The translations under genes were made by a program, and so were the position numbers. Below, in pieces: positions 1-8,840 of a DNA stretch of 64,000 bases. Position 1 is the stretch's first letter, and every line of letters begins with the position of its first letter. This DNA comes from Candidatus Udaeobacter sp. (GTDB lineage: Bacteria; Verrucomicrobiota; Verrucomicrobiia; Chthoniobacterales; UBA10450): assembly GCA_035255865.1 (NCBI GenBank), contig DATEZD010000177.1, positions 3,299 through 67,298 of the forward strand. The letters run 5' to 3'. The notes below the pieces were generated by a model. It did no database searches. It had not been told where the DNA came from and saw nothing but the letters and a program-made list of their open reading frames with translations.

Positions 1-834
1 CGCGTCGATCAATTGGGGGCTCATGTCGCTCTTCGTTTCTTCCAACAGCTCCGCTTTGATCAAACGTTGCGCTTCCTCCGGATTTTTTGTGATCCAGTCT
101 GTCAATTCCGCGTGCGCTTGCGCGAATTTTTTTGCCAGATCGCGCTGTTCCTTTAGAAATTTGACGCTCGAAACGAGAATTGTCGTGGCCACTTCCTTTT
201 CTTCGACAATCACTTTACCAGAGGCTTCCTGCTCGAGGCGAGTCAGCCAGGGTTCCACAGTCCAAACTGCATCTATTTTCTTCGCCTTAAAAAGGCCTAA
301 CTGATCCGGATTTTGTGTTGGAATCACCTGTGCGTCTCCGCCGAGTTGCGTGATCTTTAGTCCACCGTCTGTCAGCCATGCCCGGCAAGAAATGTCCTGC
401 GTATTCCCTAATTGCGGCGTGGCGATTTTCTTACCTCGAAAATCGGCGGCTCTTTTCAAATTTTCATCCGGTTGAACAACCAAACCCGCGCCGCCGTTGG
501 CCGCGCCCGCGATCAGACGAATCTCTTCCCCGTTGGATTTGGTATAAGCATTGAGCGCCGGGCCGGGACCGACATAAGTCAGATCAATCGAATTCGCGAA
601 AACCGCCTCCATCGCGCTCGGCCCAGCGTTGTAAACGAACCATTCGATTTTGGTTCCCGGTCCAAGCCGTTGTTCGAACCAACCTTTGCCCTGGCGCGAG
701 AGGGCGTGCGCAACCACGCCCTGTGCGTGCGTGATGTTCGGAAAATGGCCGACGCGAATTTTGGTTTCGGCAAGAGAAAAGGTCGCTGCTGCAAACCAGA
801 GCGAGATCGACAATGCAAGCTTGGAGATTTTCAT
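1..834 (-). CDS. ABC-transporter periplasmic substrate-binding protein, NMT1/SsuA/TauA-like (3' end runs off the window)
   Basis: Absent from the ORF track because there is no stop inside the window. My reverse-strand translation from the ATG (cat at 832-834) stays open to position 1: MKISKLALSISLWFAAATFSLAETKIRVGHFPNITHAQGVVAHAL...SIDLTYVGPGPALNAY...GKKIATPQLGNTQDISCRAWL. It has a signal peptide and the overall pattern of sulfonate/nitrate-type binding proteins. Confidence 0.7.
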   Translation of the reverse strand, partial: MKISKLALSISLWFAAATFSLAETKIRVGHFPNITHAQGVVAHALSRQGKGWFEQRLGPGTKIEWFVYNAGPSAMEAVFANSIDLTYVGPGPALNAYTKSNGEEIRLIAGAANGGAGLVVQPDENLKRAADFRGKKIATPQLGNTQDISCRAWLTDGGLKITQLGGDAQVIPTQNPDQLGLFKAKKIDAVWTVEPWLTRLEQEASGKVIVEEKEVATTILVSSVKFLKEQRDLAKKFAQAHAELTDWITKNPEEAQRLIKAELLEETKSDMSPQLIDA

Positions 835-900
835 TCTGTGATTGTTGATCTTGTCGATGGATTGGCGCAACAATCAAGCGCCGAAACAAAACAACTAACT

Positions 901-1788
901 TTATCGCAGCGGTCGGGCGACGAGGATGCCGCTGTCTGAGTGATAGCGATATAGATACTTGGAAAGCTCGTCGTCGACGACCACCCGTCCGTAATTGCTC
1001 GGAGAGGAGGCGTGCATGAAGTGCAAAACGCCGTCGCTTGTGCGCTGGGCGAGGCCGACATGCGCGGTCGAATAAAGTCCATTTCGCTCGCGTGAAATGA
1101 CGCCAATAACATCGCCGCTGCGCAGTTTTGGCTCAATTGCTTTGACCTGACTTTTTGGGATCTGGTAGAGCGGTCGCGAAGAAACGTTCGCTTCCATGCG
1201 TGCAAGTGGCCCCAGCAATGAACGGTTTGCCGCGAGATAACGGTATTGCCGCCACCCGGTGCTCATCTCGCGCGCGGAATGCGAGACGCTGCGGCCGCCG
1301 AGATCGCGGGTAAGATCTTCTACCAGACCGCGCCGACTATTGTCGTAGAGCCAGTCTTCCAAATAATGCAGCCGCGAAAGATATTCGCCGGTGCACTGAC
1401 CGCCGCGATAGCGATCTTGCTCGACGTAATACAGCATGCGTTCCGGCGTCCAGTTCGATTCCGGTTCGTTTAGCATCCGCGCGAAACCGAGCGCGATCTC
1501 GAAGAACGTCCAGCAATCCATCCCGTTGAAATTCACCGAAGGCGACTCGACTCGGTTGTCGATCTCCAGAGTGAAATGTTTGTAGCGCGTCCCGACCAGA
1601 GCTTGTCCCACGGCCGCGGTGCGTTCACCAATCGGCAGCGCTTTCCAGCTTTCCGCTTTAGCCTTTGCCACCAGCCGATTGAAGTGGTCTTGTCCTTTAA
1701 AAACTGTGCTCAACGGCAAGCGCGATTCGGATGCGAACGCGGCCGAACAGATCAAACAGAGCGCAACAGACGCTTTCCAACTTCGCAT
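901..1788 (-). CDS. Secreted DUF1460-like (N-acetylmuramoyl-L-alanine amidase-like) protein
   Basis: 295-aa ORF with a signal peptide (MRSWKASVALCLICSAAFA). Segments MDCWTFFEIALGFARML and YLSRLHYLEDWLYDN resemble DUF1460. The family was recalled from memory, not searched. Confidence 0.55.
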   Translation of the reverse strand: MRSWKASVALCLICSAAFASESRLPLSTVFKGQDHFNRLVAKAKAESWKALPIGERTAAVGQALVGTRYKHFTLEIDNRVESPSVNFNGMDCWTFFEIALGFARMLNEPESNWTPERMLYYVEQDRYRGGQCTGEYLSRLHYLEDWLYDNSRRGLVEDLTRDLGGRSVSHSAREMSTGWRQYRYLAANRSLLGPLARMEANVSSRPLYQIPKSQVKAIEPKLRSGDVIGVISRERNGLYSTAHVGLAQRTSDGVLHFMHASSPSNYGRVVVDDELSKYLYRYHSDSGILVARPLR

Positions 1789-1827
1789 GACGCAGACAAC
1801 TCAACGCGAGATGGAGAAGGTTACAAG

Positions 1828-1908
1828 GTCAAAAAGGCTACAAAGTTAAAACGTTAAAAAAGGTCGCAGGCCGACTAGACTTTTTTTAACGCTTTTAACC
1901 TTTTTGAC
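1828..1908. repeat. AT-rich long imperfect inverted repeat in a divergent promoter region
   Basis: Left arm gtcaaaaaggctacaaagttaaaacgttaaaaaaggtc, loop gcaggccgacta, right arm gactttttttaacgcttttaacctttttgac. It is unusually AT-rich compared with its surroundings. Confidence 0.55.
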
Positions 1909-1929
1909 TGTCTCATATCCTTTAGGAGC

Positions 1930-2895
1930 GTGCCTATTCGTTTTCCCAAAAAGAGCCGGCGAAATATTGTTCGCGAACCGTCGCGGGATGGCGCGTCTGG
2001 CCCGCGACTGCGGGATTCCACGCGCGTCCGGCTGCGTCCGCGAGCGGATTGGCACAAGCGCAATTTTCTTACCAGTGTGTTGATCCCCTCGCTTTTTGTG
2101 AAGCGTTCGGGTGGTCCGGCGGCTCCGCACTTCCCGAAAATCCGCGAAGGCGAGATCTGCATCACCTGGATCGGTCACGCCTCATTTCTCATTCAAACCC
2201 ACGAGGTCAATATCTTGATCGACCCGATCTGGTCGAAATGGCTTAAGGTGATCAAGCGGTTAAAACAACCCGGCTTCGAAATTCATCATTTGCCTTCGAT
2301 TGATTTTGTCCTGGTGACGCATGCGCATTTCGATCATCTCGACCGGCGCACGCTGCGGCGCGTGGCTGCCGATCAACCAATCGTTGTGCCCATGGGTGTA
2401 GGAAATTTGGTGCACGATCTCGGATTTCATATTGTGCATGAACTGGAGTATTGGCAGACAGTCGAGCTCGGACCGCTCAAGATTTCACTCACACCATGTC
2501 ACCACTGGGGAGCCCGGTTTCTTGCGGATTTACATCGTGATTTTGGCGGATTTGTGATCGCGTCGAATGGCCGCACGATTTTTCACTGCGGCGATACTGC
2601 CTATTTCCCCGGGTTCAAGGAAATCGGCAACCGCTTTAATATCGACGTCGCATTGCTTCCCATTGGCGCTTACGAAGCGCCCACTGGTCGCGAAGTTCAC
2701 ATGAACCCAGAGGAGGCGGTGAAAGCGTTTCTCGAGCTTGGTGCGGACACTTTGATCCCGATGCATTACGGAACATTTCGTCTCGGTTTTGAGCCGCTCC
2801 ATGAACCGCCGCAGCGGCTGCTTAGGTCCGCCCGCGCTCATGGCATCGAGGAAAAAGTCCTCGTGATGACTGAGGGAAAACCGGTTGTGATGTGA
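1930..2895 (+). CDS. MBL-fold metallo-hydrolase (start codon uncertain, possibly further downstream)
   Basis: ITWIGHASFLIQ followed by the VLVTHAHFDHLD metallo-beta-lactamase HxHxDH motif, then a later HCGDTAY and MHYGTF. The N-terminal 60 aa are Arg-rich and may not be translated. Confidence 0.8.
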   Translation: MPIRFPKKSRRNIVREPSRDGASGPRLRDSTRVRLRPRADWHKRNFLTSVLIPSLFVKRSGGPAAPHFPKIREGEICITWIGHASFLIQTHEVNILIDPIWSKWLKVIKRLKQPGFEIHHLPSIDFVLVTHAHFDHLDRRTLRRVAADQPIVVPMGVGNLVHDLGFHIVHELEYWQTVELGPLKISLTPCHHWGARFLADLHRDFGGFVIASNGRTIFHCGDTAYFPGFKEIGNRFNIDVALLPIGAYEAPTGREVHMNPEEAVKAFLELGADTLIPMHYGTFRLGFEPLHEPPQRLLRSARAHGIEEKVLVMTEGKPVVM

Positions 2896-2962
2896 AGAAC
2901 CTTTTCTAACCACAGATGGACACAGATGAAACACAGAGTCGCAGATTGGTTTTCCTGCATCT

Positions 2963-5158
2963 GTGAAAATCCGTGTTAATCCGTGGCTAAATTATCTTGG
3001 CGCGCTCTCAGCCGGATTGATTGTTGTATTCTTCTGTCTGCTTCTTGTCTGGCACGATCCGCTGGTTTTTTGGAACGACGATTATGAATTGTCTGTGTTG
3101 CCGGTGTTTGCGGACATGGCGCGCAGCTGGTCGGAGGGGAATTGGCCGATCCTGAGTCCGTACTCGTGGGTTTGCGGCAATCTCGCCGGCGAATTTCAGT
3201 ACGGTACATTTTCGCTCTTCATAAATACGGCGGTCATTCTCATCTGGAAATTTCCTCTGACATTTCCACAACAAGCCGCAGCTCTTTCCATTGCTCACCT
3301 GTTTGTTTTGGCAATCGGCGCATTTTTGCTCGCACGCGACCGGCGACTTTCAATTCCACTGTCGATCTTTGTCGCGCTAGTCGCTGCGCTGAATGGCTGG
3401 ATCATTTGCTGGGGCGCGACCGATTGGTTCGGCGCCTTGGGCGCGTTCACGTGGCTGCCTTGGGCATGGTGGGGAGCGGAACGCGCGCTGGATCAACAAC
3501 GAACGAACTGGCGATTCCTCTGGCCAGCGCCGTTCGTTTATCTCGTCGTCACGGGCGGATTCCCCTACACGGTTTTGATGTTGCTGCTCTTGATCGCGTG
3601 GTTGGCGATCAAGGCGATGTGGGAGCGCGACAGTCGAGACACTAACGTCCCTCGCACGTTGGCAGTCTTGCCGATGCTCTTTGGTGTCGCGCTCGGTTTC
3701 GGACTGTCCGCGCCTGCGTGGCTGGCGATTCTCGATCTCGTTCAGGGTTCAGCACGCGAACTGCAGTCGCCAGCAGCGCACTGGCAATGGCTCGTTCCGC
3801 CCTCGGCCTTGCCCGGTTTGATCTTGCCATGCTGGACTGTTAATTGGGCGGATTTTTCCAGCCGTTATCTGCCACACACAGCAACTGAATTAGCATGCGG
3901 GCTAGTCGCTCCCGCCGCACTCATCGCAGGATTCCTCGGGCGTGGGCGTGTACTCGTCAGGCAAATTAGGTGGGAGGTTGTCTTGCTCTTGCTCGTACTG
4001 TTGCTCTGCACGATTCCAACGGCCGGTCTTTTCCGGTGGAGTTTTCGCTGGCTTCCATTTTTCCATTTGGTTCTCGCGATTTGCGCAGCGGAAGTGCTGC
4101 AAATGCGGCCGGGGTCACCGCCCCCGGCTACAGTGGCGCTCATTCTCATCGTTTTGACGGGTATCGCGATGTTCGTTCTGCGCACAACTGGCGCTTATGC
4201 TTTCCCTCTGACATGGATTTTAGTCGCGCTCGCGGGGATTTGGTGGCTGTCAACGCTTTGCTTGCGTGATTCTGAATTTCAAAAATGGGGACCGGTCGCG
4301 ATCACGTTTTTGGCATTTTTGGCTACATATTTCTGCATCCCGACCAACTGCGGCGTCCCCACGTACAATTTTTCTCAAGAACTGCTTAAACCCGCGCCGC
4401 TCGATCCAACTCGTCTTTATATGAGCATCTATCCGTGGGCGGAGCTTACCTATTGCGTGGCAAACAAACCGGAACCGGTCGGCCGAACTCTGCGGTCTGG
4501 CAGCACCTCGATGTGGGCCGGATTGCATTTCATTAATGGTTACAGCCCAATTCGAGCCGCTGGCGTGGCGCGCGAATTCAGGACCACGATCCACGGTGAA
4601 ATCAATCCGGAAGTGGGAGAATATTTGCTCGATCATCAAGCTGGCAAGGGTGGGGAACTAGCATTGCTGGGAGTGGACGGTATCGTCGTTGCGCGGGAAA
4701 TCGATCTCGTGCCGCAACCATCCTCTGAATGGCAGCTCGTCGTTTCAACAGATGAAGGACGCGTCTTCCACCGGCGCGGTGTGCCATTCGCGCGCGTGCG
4801 CTCAGTCAATTCAATCGATTCGAGGCCTAACGAGCAGTTTGTCGCCGCAACGATTTCGCAGATCGATAATTCGCGAAACCGAGTGGGAGTTGATGTCGAT
4901 GTGCCTAATGGTGATCAGCCCGCGTTACTGACTTTTTCGCGGCCCTATTTTCGCGGATATCGGGCGCGCTTGGGCGATCAAAAGCTCGCCGTCACTTCCT
5001 ATCGGGGATTATTTCCACTGGTGGAAATCCCGGCGGGCACGCATGGGCGACTCACTCTTGCCTATCGTCCATATTGGCTCATCTGGGGAGGGAGCGCTGC
5101 CGTCGCTTGTGCTGTAATCATCGCGCTGAGCCTTGTCGCCGCAATTACTCGGAGATAG
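2963..5158 (+). CDS. Large polytopic integral membrane protein, function not assignable (YfhO/glycosyltransferase-C-like topology)
   Basis: 731-aa ORF. It has more than 10 hydrophobic helices in the first 450 aa, a soluble C-terminal domain and a final TM helix. The first codons overlap a repeat (atccgtgttaatccgtgg), so the start is uncertain. Confidence 0.65.
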   Translation: MKIRVNPWLNYLGALSAGLIVVFFCLLLVWHDPLVFWNDDYELSVLPVFADMARSWSEGNWPILSPYSWVCGNLAGEFQYGTFSLFINTAVILIWKFPLTFPQQAAALSIAHLFVLAIGAFLLARDRRLSIPLSIFVALVAALNGWIICWGATDWFGALGAFTWLPWAWWGAERALDQQRTNWRFLWPAPFVYLVVTGGFPYTVLMLLLLIAWLAIKAMWERDSRDTNVPRTLAVLPMLFGVALGFGLSAPAWLAILDLVQGSARELQSPAAHWQWLVPPSALPGLILPCWTVNWADFSSRYLPHTATELACGLVAPAALIAGFLGRGRVLVRQIRWEVVLLLLVLLLCTIPTAGLFRWSFRWLPFFHLVLAICAAEVLQMRPGSPPPATVALILIVLTGIAMFVLRTTGAYAFPLTWILVALAGIWWLSTLCLRDSEFQKWGPVAITFLAFLATYFCIPTNCGVPTYNFSQELLKPAPLDPTRLYMSIYPWAELTYCVANKPEPVGRTLRSGSTSMWAGLHFINGYSPIRAAGVAREFRTTIHGEINPEVGEYLLDHQAGKGGELALLGVDGIVVAREIDLVPQPSSEWQLVVSTDEGRVFHRRGVPFARVRSVNSIDSRPNEQFVAATISQIDNSRNRVGVDVDVPNGDQPALLTFSRPYFRGYRARLGDQKLAVTSYRGLFPLVEIPAGTHGRLTLAYRPYWLIWGGSAAVACAVIIALSLVAAITRR
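4098..4133. repeat. REP-like hairpin (gccgggg-tcaccgc-ccccggc + tacag) lying in-frame inside the membrane-protein CDS
   Basis: tgcaaatgcggccggggtcaccgcccccggctacag. The 26-nt core gccggggtcaccgcccccggctacag is identical to 52000-52025. Here it encodes LQMRPGSPPPAT. Confidence 0.6.
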
Positions 5159-5229
5159 GCTCGACCAAAGGCTTACGTAAATACGCAATCGTGTTGAACT
5201 GTGATGATTTGGTTCGATTTTATCCAATC

Positions 5230-5670
5230 GTGAAAAGGTCACTCGTCACACTTACCATATTTTTCTCAGCCTTCGCTGCCACGTTCGGAGATCTCAAGCC
5301 CACCGATTCGAGCGCTCCGGTCCTGCAATATTTTGAGCCTGTTCAAATCGCTCCCAAGGCTGGCCATACAGATGCACCGAACTTTACTTTCGCCGGGGGA
5401 AAACCGTTGCTTACGATAACGTCTGTCCATCAGGTAATTCCCCAGCGGGATGGAAAAGGCGTTATAATTGTCCTAAATGAAAAGGACAAACAGCGATACG
5501 CAGAGCTAACGCGCCGATTTAAGAGTCGCCTGCTGATATGTGTTGCTGCAGCCGACGTGATCAGCATCGAGCAAATCACTTCTCCGGCGGAGAACGGGAT
5601 GATTGAGTTTAGTGATGCCCACTATACGGGGCATATCGCCAAATATCTGCGTCGCCGGTTCGGTATGTAG
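5230..5670 (+). CDS. Hypothetical secreted protein
   Basis: In frame with track ORF 5074..5670. GTG at 5230 gives VKRSLVTLTIFFSAFAATFG, which looks like a signal peptide. I recognise no motif. Confidence 0.45.
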   Translation: MKRSLVTLTIFFSAFAATFGDLKPTDSSAPVLQYFEPVQIAPKAGHTDAPNFTFAGGKPLLTITSVHQVIPQRDGKGVIIVLNEKDKQRYAELTRRFKSRLLICVAAADVISIEQITSPAENGMIEFSDAHYTGHIAKYLRRRFGM

Positions 5671-5761
5671 CGTTGCGACAAAACAGGAAAACCCTCCACT
5701 ACGGGCTGGTCACGCGTAGCAGGTCCTTTTGATACGGCGTATCGCCGTTTGGTACTTCAAT

Positions 5762-5845
5762 TGTCATGTTGAGCGGAGCGAAACATCTCTGGCTTGTTTC
5801 CCTTCCGTCTGAAAAATCAGATTCTTCGCTTCGCTCAGAATGACA
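5762..5845. repeat. MITE/REP-like inverted-repeat element with TGTCAT...ATGACA termini
   Basis: Left arm tgtcatgttgagcggagcgaaacatctc. The reverse complement of the right arm is tgtcattctgagcgaagcgaagaatct (about 21/26 identical). It lies between convergent genes, and its right end supplies the last 3 codons and the stop of the CPBP gene. Confidence 0.6.
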
Positions 5846-6542
5846 TTTCCATTAACCAAGCGCTTGTGAGTGTCGCATTATAGACACAATGACAGACAAT
5901 ACAGTTCCAAAGATTGCGTGTCTTCTCTAAGATAAGACATAGAGTTACCTGCACGACTGCTAGTAATACAAACAGCCATACCGATGCTGTCATAACACCC
6001 GGGTGAGTAAGCGTCGCCGCGAACACCACTATCGATATGCTTAGAGGTATTCCATAGCTTTCGCGAAAAGCCCGATAAAGAAATCCGCGCATAATGATTT
6101 CTTCAAACACCGGCCCAACGAGAACTAAAATTGTAAAAAGGTGCTTTTCCGGCCCTGGTTGATGAATAAAAGGTTTCGTTAGGGGATACTTCTCGGCAAA
6201 ATCTGGCGACAGTTCGATTCGTGCCAAGAAAACGCCCGTAAGCCCGAGGACAAGACCCGCAACTACTGCAAAATAACTAATACCTTGCCGGATAGATTGG
6301 AATTCAAAGAGATCTAAGACGTCCAGTAGTGATTGGGGATGCGCAAACAATAGAACTACCAATAAAGCCGCGAGCCCTTCTCCTGCGGTAACAAAGAACG
6401 CTCCAAAAGGTGTCCCGACCCAGTATCTGAATCTTGGGAAAAATTGCCAAAACGCCACGAGAACCACTAATGCAACGAGCTGGGAGCCGAACAAGGCTGC
6501 GATATAAAGCCACGGCTTCAATATTCTGCGTGTTAAGCTCAT
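5835..6542 (-). CDS. CPBP-family intramembrane glutamic endopeptidase (CAAX protease-like)
   Basis: Multi-TM protein with FEEIIMRGFLYRAF (the EExxxR motif) and HCVYNA (the HxxxN motif). Confidence 0.75.
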   Translation of the reverse strand: MSLTRRILKPWLYIAALFGSQLVALVVLVAFWQFFPRFRYWVGTPFGAFFVTAGEGLAALLVVLLFAHPQSLLDVLDLFEFQSIRQGISYFAVVAGLVLGLTGVFLARIELSPDFAEKYPLTKPFIHQPGPEKHLFTILVLVGPVFEEIIMRGFLYRAFRESYGIPLSISIVVFAATLTHPGVMTASVWLFVLLAVVQVTLCLILEKTRNLWNCIVCHCVYNATLTSAWLMEMSF

Positions 6543-6642
6543 TTTTGTTACATACGGCTGATTGAAATCTATCCCGAGAGGTCGACAGAATAGGGATTTG
6601 ATATGTAGCGGTGCAGGATTCCCCCAGTCGCTGCTGACGCCG

Positions 6643-7866
6643 CTACAATTTTTTCGGATCTTCGAGCAGCTGGATCACGTGTTTAAGCAAGCGGCCGGCG
6701 CCGCCGCCGTCGATGCTGCGATGATCAAAGCTCAATGTGATCTGCGCTTCGGTTTTGGGGGCGAATTCTTTTTTTTCTTCATCCCACGACGGAACTTTTT
6801 TCCCGACTCCGAGACCGAGCAGCAACGTTTGATCTGGCAGTGGAATCGGCGTGCCCCATTCCATTCCGAAGGTTCCGAAATTGGAAACCGTCGCGATGCC
6901 AGCGGCTTGCATGTCCGGCGAAATCCGTCGTTGTCGCGCGAGCTCGATAAGTTCCTTGTATTTGGTGGCAAGATCGGCAAGTGAGGTTTTGTCTGCGCCG
7001 CGAATCACCGGCACCATGATCCCGTCCTCCGCTTCAACCGCGATGCCTACGTCGATCGAGTTTGATTGCACTACGCGGTTGCCGATCAGTTTCGCCGCGG
7101 CGCCTGGGTTTTCCGCCAGAGCGAGAGCGAGCGCACGCAAAACGTAAAGACCGGGGCCAGGCTTTGGATCACGCGATTGCCGGTCTTGCAAAACCGGATC
7201 GAGATTCACGGATGAGCCGATCGTCGAAAGCGGACGCGTCCAACTCCGCCGCATGGCGTCGGCCACGCCCGCGCGAATGGCGGAAGCTTCGTGCACGGTT
7301 TGCTTCTCGATCTTGTGCACGAAATTTTCGAGATCCTTAATGGTGACCCTATTCCCCGCGCCAGTGCCCATGATCCCTGCCAAGTCCGCCGTTGTTAGTT
7401 GCAATTCAGCCATGCGCGCGCGCACGCGCGGTGACATGAAAGTCGCGCCTTTTGTGATTGCAGGAACAGGTAGATCGCCAGCACGTGCGCCTTCGCCGTC
7501 GCGCGCGGCGATTTTTCTCTCGCGCGCGGGAGCGACTTCCTGATCAGCGCGCGCGGGAATTTCCTCAGCCACTTCTCGCTGTGGAGGAGGCGGCTCGTGT
7601 TTCGCGAATCGCGCGGCGTCTTGCTCGCTTGCTTCCACATAACCAAGCACTGCGCCAACTGGGTAAGTCTCCGTTAATTGCACGGTCATCTTGGCAATTT
7701 TACCCTTGCACGGCGTGGTCACGCCCATGACCGCTTTGTTGGTCTCGACATCGATAATTTCCTGATCGTCCACGACCTCGTCGCCGGGTTTAACCTTGAT
7801 ATCGACAATCGTGGCTTCTGCGATCGATTCGCCCAGCTGCGGCATGATGATCGGAACTTGCGGCAT
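6643..7866 (-). CDS. 2-oxoacid dehydrogenase E2 component (dihydrolipoamide acyltransferase)
   Basis: Start trimmed to MPQVPIIMPQLGESIAEATIV...ETNKAVMGV (lipoyl domain with the lipoyl-Lys context). An E3-binding segment follows. C-terminal SFDHRSIDGGGAGRLL is the catalytic motif. Confidence 0.9.
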   Translation of the reverse strand: MPQVPIIMPQLGESIAEATIVDIKVKPGDEVVDDQEIIDVETNKAVMGVTTPCKGKIAKMTVQLTETYPVGAVLGYVEASEQDAARFAKHEPPPPQREVAEEIPARADQEVAPARERKIAARDGEGARAGDLPVPAITKGATFMSPRVRARMAELQLTTADLAGIMGTGAGNRVTIKDLENFVHKIEKQTVHEASAIRAGVADAMRRSWTRPLSTIGSSVNLDPVLQDRQSRDPKPGPGLYVLRALALALAENPGAAAKLIGNRVVQSNSIDVGIAVEAEDGIMVPVIRGADKTSLADLATKYKELIELARQRRISPDMQAAGIATVSNFGTFGMEWGTPIPLPDQTLLLGLGVGKKVPSWDEEKKEFAPKTEAQITLSFDHRSIDGGGAGRLLKHVIQLLEDPKKL

Positions 7867-7871
7867 AGAAT

Positions 7872-8840
7872 CTATTCTCGAAGCAGTTGCCTCGCCTTCG
7901 CGACAATATTTTTCGCGTTCGGTCGATGCGCGGTCCAAAGATTTGGGTGGTATGGAATCGGAGTGTCTTTCGCGTTGAGACGTTGCGGCGATGCATCGAG
8001 CAGATGAAAACCCTGGCTCGTAACGCGCGCGATAACTTCCGCGGTAGCACCGCCCCATGGAAAGGATTCACCCACGCAGAGCAAACGTCCAGTGCGCGCG
8101 ACGGATGCCAGCACGGTGTCAGTGTCCAGCGGTTTAACCGTGCGAAGATCGACAACTTCAATTTCGAAATCTTCACGCGCGAGTTCCTCCGCCGCCGCGA
8201 GAGATTCCTGCATCATTGCGCTGTAGCTCACAATCGTAAGATCGCGTCCCTCGCGCACAATCCGCGCCCGGCCAGTTGGCAAACCTTTCTCCGGCAATTT
8301 GTCGGCCTTGAGGTGGTAATAAAGATATTTGTGTTCGCAGTAAATGACCGGATCATCAATCGCTACGGCTTCAACGAGCATGGTGTACGCGTCTTCCACC
8401 GTCGCTGGCGTCATCACGATCAGGCCGGGGTAATGCGCGTAAATGGATTCCATGGATTGACTGTGAAACGGACCGCTGCCTTTTGTTCCGCCGGACGGAA
8501 GACGCACGGTGATCGGCACTGGCACGCCCGTTCGCCAGTAATGCGTGCCGGCGTGGTTTAGGATTTGGTTGAGTGCAGTGCTGGAGAAATCCGCAAACTG
8601 CATTTCCACGATCGGCCGCATTCCCTGAATCGCGGCGCCAATCGCGGTGCCCACGATCGCGTCCTCGCTAATCGGCGTGTTCAACACGCGTCCGGGAAAT
8701 TCCTTCGCCAGACCTTTTGTTGCTTTAAATGCGCCGCCGAAGCTCCCGCCGACGTCCTGCCCGTAGATGAAAACGCGTTCGTCATCGCGCAACAATTTTG
8801 CCTGCGCTTCGCGAATTGCCTCGAGATAGGTGATGCTCAT
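7872..8840 (-). CDS. 2-oxoacid (pyruvate/acetoin/branched-chain type) dehydrogenase E1 beta subunit
   Basis: Start trimmed to MSITYLEAIREA. It contains GQDVGGSFGGAFKATKGL and a transketolase-like pyrimidine-binding region plus C-terminal domain. The start overlaps the E1alpha stop by 4 nt. Confidence 0.9.
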   Translation of the reverse strand: MSITYLEAIREAQAKLLRDDERVFIYGQDVGGSFGGAFKATKGLAKEFPGRVLNTPISEDAIVGTAIGAAIQGMRPIVEMQFADFSSTALNQILNHAGTHYWRTGVPVPITVRLPSGGTKGSGPFHSQSMESIYAHYPGLIVMTPATVEDAYTMLVEAVAIDDPVIYCEHKYLYYHLKADKLPEKGLPTGRARIVREGRDLTIVSYSAMMQESLAAAEELAREDFEIEVVDLRTVKPLDTDTVLASVARTGRLLCVGESFPWGGATAEVIARVTSQGFHLLDASPQRLNAKDTPIPYHPNLWTAHRPNAKNIVAKARQLLRE

